Below, piece by piece: positions 61,720 to 64,000 of a stretch of DNA of 64,000 nt. The DNA is taken from the NCBI RefSeq assembly GCF_006345805.1, contig NC_043002.1, positions 32,860,001-32,924,000 of the forward strand. The letters are read 5' to 3'. The translations under genes and the position numbers were made by a program. This DNA is from Octopus sinensis. Lineage: Eukaryota. A model generated the notes under the pieces. That model made no database searches. It had not been told where the DNA came from and saw only the letters and a list, made by a program, of their open reading frames with translations. Numbering within the stretch: the stretch's first letter is position 1; each line of letters begins with the position of its first letter.

Positions 61720-62200
61720 GAACATGGTCCATGTTGTTTAATTTTGTCTCGATCTTTTTCCTAATCCTCTTATACTGTTTAGCGACTGTCTCTCTCGTTT
61801 CTTCTTCCATTATGCTATCATTTTGCAGCTCTCCTAAATATTTGTAACCCACATTATACTTAATCGATCTAATGATATTGTCTTCCGGTAATTTTGTGCC
61901 ATCAGAGTTCATCTTCCGACCTCTCTTCATAATTAGCACCGCGCATTTATTTCCCCCCAAACTGCATTCCAGTATCTCTACTGAATACTCTCACGGTTTG
62001 GATCAAACGGTCTAGGTCTGCCTCATTTTTTTTTCTTTTTTCTTTTTGTATACAGCTTGAGGTCATCCATATAAAATAGGTGTTTTATTCTCATCTGGGA
62101 TTTGGTAAATTCATAGGCAGGCCTGGATTTTCTTAGTATACTTGTCAGGGGAGCAATGATGAAGAGTAATGGAGAGAGCGAGTTTCCTCGGAAAAAATGT
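61720..62200 (-). mobile_element. R4/Dong-like non-LTR RT fragment
   Basis: GNSLSPLLFII...KHLFYMDDLKLY; KCAVLIMKRG...YKYLGELQNDSI...KRIRKKIETKLN. Confidence 0.7.
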
Positions 62201-62332
62201 CTGAATATTTTCACTTTGCCTTGCGATTTATTAGCACATGTCAGTTCTACTTCTCACACTCTCATTGCTTTCTCCACTCGGAAAAGGGGAGAGAGATGCA
62301 ATTTCCCAGTAAATTTGTTGAAATATGAACGG

Positions 62333-62870
62333 CAGCGAGCTGGCAGAATCGTTAGCATGCTGAGTCGGGCTGCAAAACGCTTAGCGGTATTTCGACCGTC
62401 GCTACGTTCTGAGTTCAAATTCTGCCGAGGTCGACTTTGCCTTTCGTCCTTTCGGGGTCGACTTTACCTTTCATCCTTTCGGGGTTGATAAAGGAAGTAC
62501 CAGTTGAGCACTGGGATCGATGTAATCGACTACCCACGCACACGAAATTTCAGGCCTTGTGCCTATAGTAGAAAAGATTTTTTTTTCATTTCATTACTAT
62601 ATGTAAATCCCCACACTTTGTCTGTCTCTGTATTGTCCCCCTCACCTTTCGCCCTTGTGGCAAATAAAGGAAATCATTCAACACGCCGACAAAATGCACA
62701 GCAGTATTTTGTCCGTCTTTACGTTTAGAGTTCAAATTTCACCGAGGTTGACTTTGCTCTCAATCCTTTCGGAGTCTATGAAATAAGCACCAGTCGAGCA
62801 CTGGAGTTAATGTAATCGAATTGTCCCTTCCCCACAAAATTTCAGGCCTTGTGCTTATAGTAGAAAAAAT
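62333..62870 (+). mobile_element. Two SINE family B copies (62333-62580 and ~62690-62870) with a third tail type
   Basis: GAGTTCAAATT B-box, CCTTTCGG core; tail AAATTTCAGGCCTTGTGC(C/T)TATAGTAGAAA. Confidence 0.78.
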
Positions 62871-63899
62871 TCTTGTTGTTGTTGTTGCCCTTGCTCTTGT
62901 TATTATTAGAGGAGTCCTGCTTGTGTTAGAAGCAATTAGTGTGCGCGCGTGTGTGCGCGCGTGTGTGCGCGTATGCTCACAAATTGACCCATGCCATCAG
63001 CCATCTTGTACTTGCTAATATATCTTTAAATACTTAATATTTATATAAGTTCAAACCACTTCTCTAAGCCTCAACAAGGTCTCTTTATTTACTCGAAATA
63101 GCAACTAAATCTCTCTCAATATATCGTCTTAAGAAATGGCCATACTGAATGAATTAGTCCTCAATAAATTGCCTGAGAAAATCATTTGGAAAAATCGATT
63201 GGGAAAATCATTCGATCATCATCAAATTTCCTCCGATATTTTTTCTGCTTTTTATATTCTAATTTCAAGTCATGATGAAGTCTACTATGCCTTTCATTCT
63301 TTATATGGATGACAATAAAACAATATATTAATCAGGTTTGCTATTGGTAAAGACTATTCCCTTCCCTTTAAAATTTGTTGCCTTTTGCTAAGTTGTAAAT
63401 TCTATCATTGTTGTTCTGTAAGTCCAAGTTAGATTTGAATAAGCAGGCTTGTTTAAAGTACAACCAAGAATGATCATCTTGTCTGTTTTGTCAATATTCA
63501 TCTTTCCAATGCAATAAGAGGACGATTTGGCTGCTATTTTTACCAGGTCGAGAGATTTGATAGAGACTTCCCAGTTGTTTCATTAATGTAGATCGACCAC
63601 ACCGAAGCTCTTTGTTTTTGTTCCTTTAATACTGCTGTTGTCTTCTTCTTCTTCTTCTTCTTCTTCTAATCAGGACTCACGCCACTAGCCACAAAGAATA
63701 ATCTCTAATTCGAGCCTACTCTAAGCTACGCGATAGACTGGTTGCAAGGGCGCGAAAGCTACGTTGTTACCCTCATTCCGTAAACGGTGGCTTTTAACGA
63801 GTGGAGAGCTGAACCATCCTGGGGTACAGAAGATTCGCAATCTAGACTAGGGTCTAAAAGTTTACCACACCATAGTGGGTTACTCCATGGTTCATCTGC

Positions 63900-64000
63900 T
63901 TTGTGGCAGAAGTAGGAAGAAAGAGTGAGACAAGTTATGGTGAAAGAGTACAGCGGGGTTCACCACCCTACCCCGCAGGAGCCTCATGGAGCTTAGGTGT
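63900..64000 (-). mobile_element. Partial SINE family C running off the window end
   Basis: GGTGAAAGAGTACAGC...GGAGCCTC(A)TGGAGCTT(T)AGGTGT matches 61130-61195. Confidence 0.7.

Larger units (their letters stand above)
56720..61720 (+). mobile_element. Heavily decayed Tx1-type LINE (ORF1 ~56800-58450, ORF2 from 58516) with nested insertions
   Basis: MRMVVEGRKLRFYIFGKTDHHC (decayed knuckle); MEILRTDCVNAHG, VAVYAP; NFWPITLLNTKLKILAKAL; CLRCMQKDESVLHTIIQC near 61590-61650; 5' boundary uncertain. Confidence 0.75.

Noticed and set aside
63320-63560. Possible second PLE C-terminal remnant on minus
   Set aside because: Similarity to the 13205 fragment is too weak by eye

Overview
Repeat-dense animal genomic DNA with no host exon I can support. 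The SINE families and microsatellite load resemble an octopus/cephalopod genome (inferred, not searched). Contents: many decayed Tx1/L1-type non-LTR retrotransposons, including two near-full-length copies side by side and two apparent ORF1-only derivatives; RTE, CR1, R4-like and Penelope-like (PLE) remnants; Tc1/mariner elements, one full-length with IR-DR ends; at least three tRNA-derived SINE families; Helitron-like ends; many microsatellites and inverted repeats. The most notable signals are four. (1) Hammerhead-ribozyme-shaped motifs: two fold-back elements each carry a divergent pair, one with a canonical CUGAUGA core (32.6-32.8 kb) and one with a compensatory G3-C8 core (52.2-52.5 kb), and a third variant pair shows stem II covariation (50.9 and 51.9 kb). 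(2) Two Tx1 elements sit at one site bounded by three copies of ATCGAA(A/G)ACCGGT, suggesting target specificity. (3) ORF1-only, HAL1-like elements. (4) A small hairpin plus AATAAAGAA 3' end is shared by Tx1 LINEs, one ORF1-only element and a SINE subfamily. All calls were made by eye; many element boundaries are approximate, and no database search or folding computation was run.
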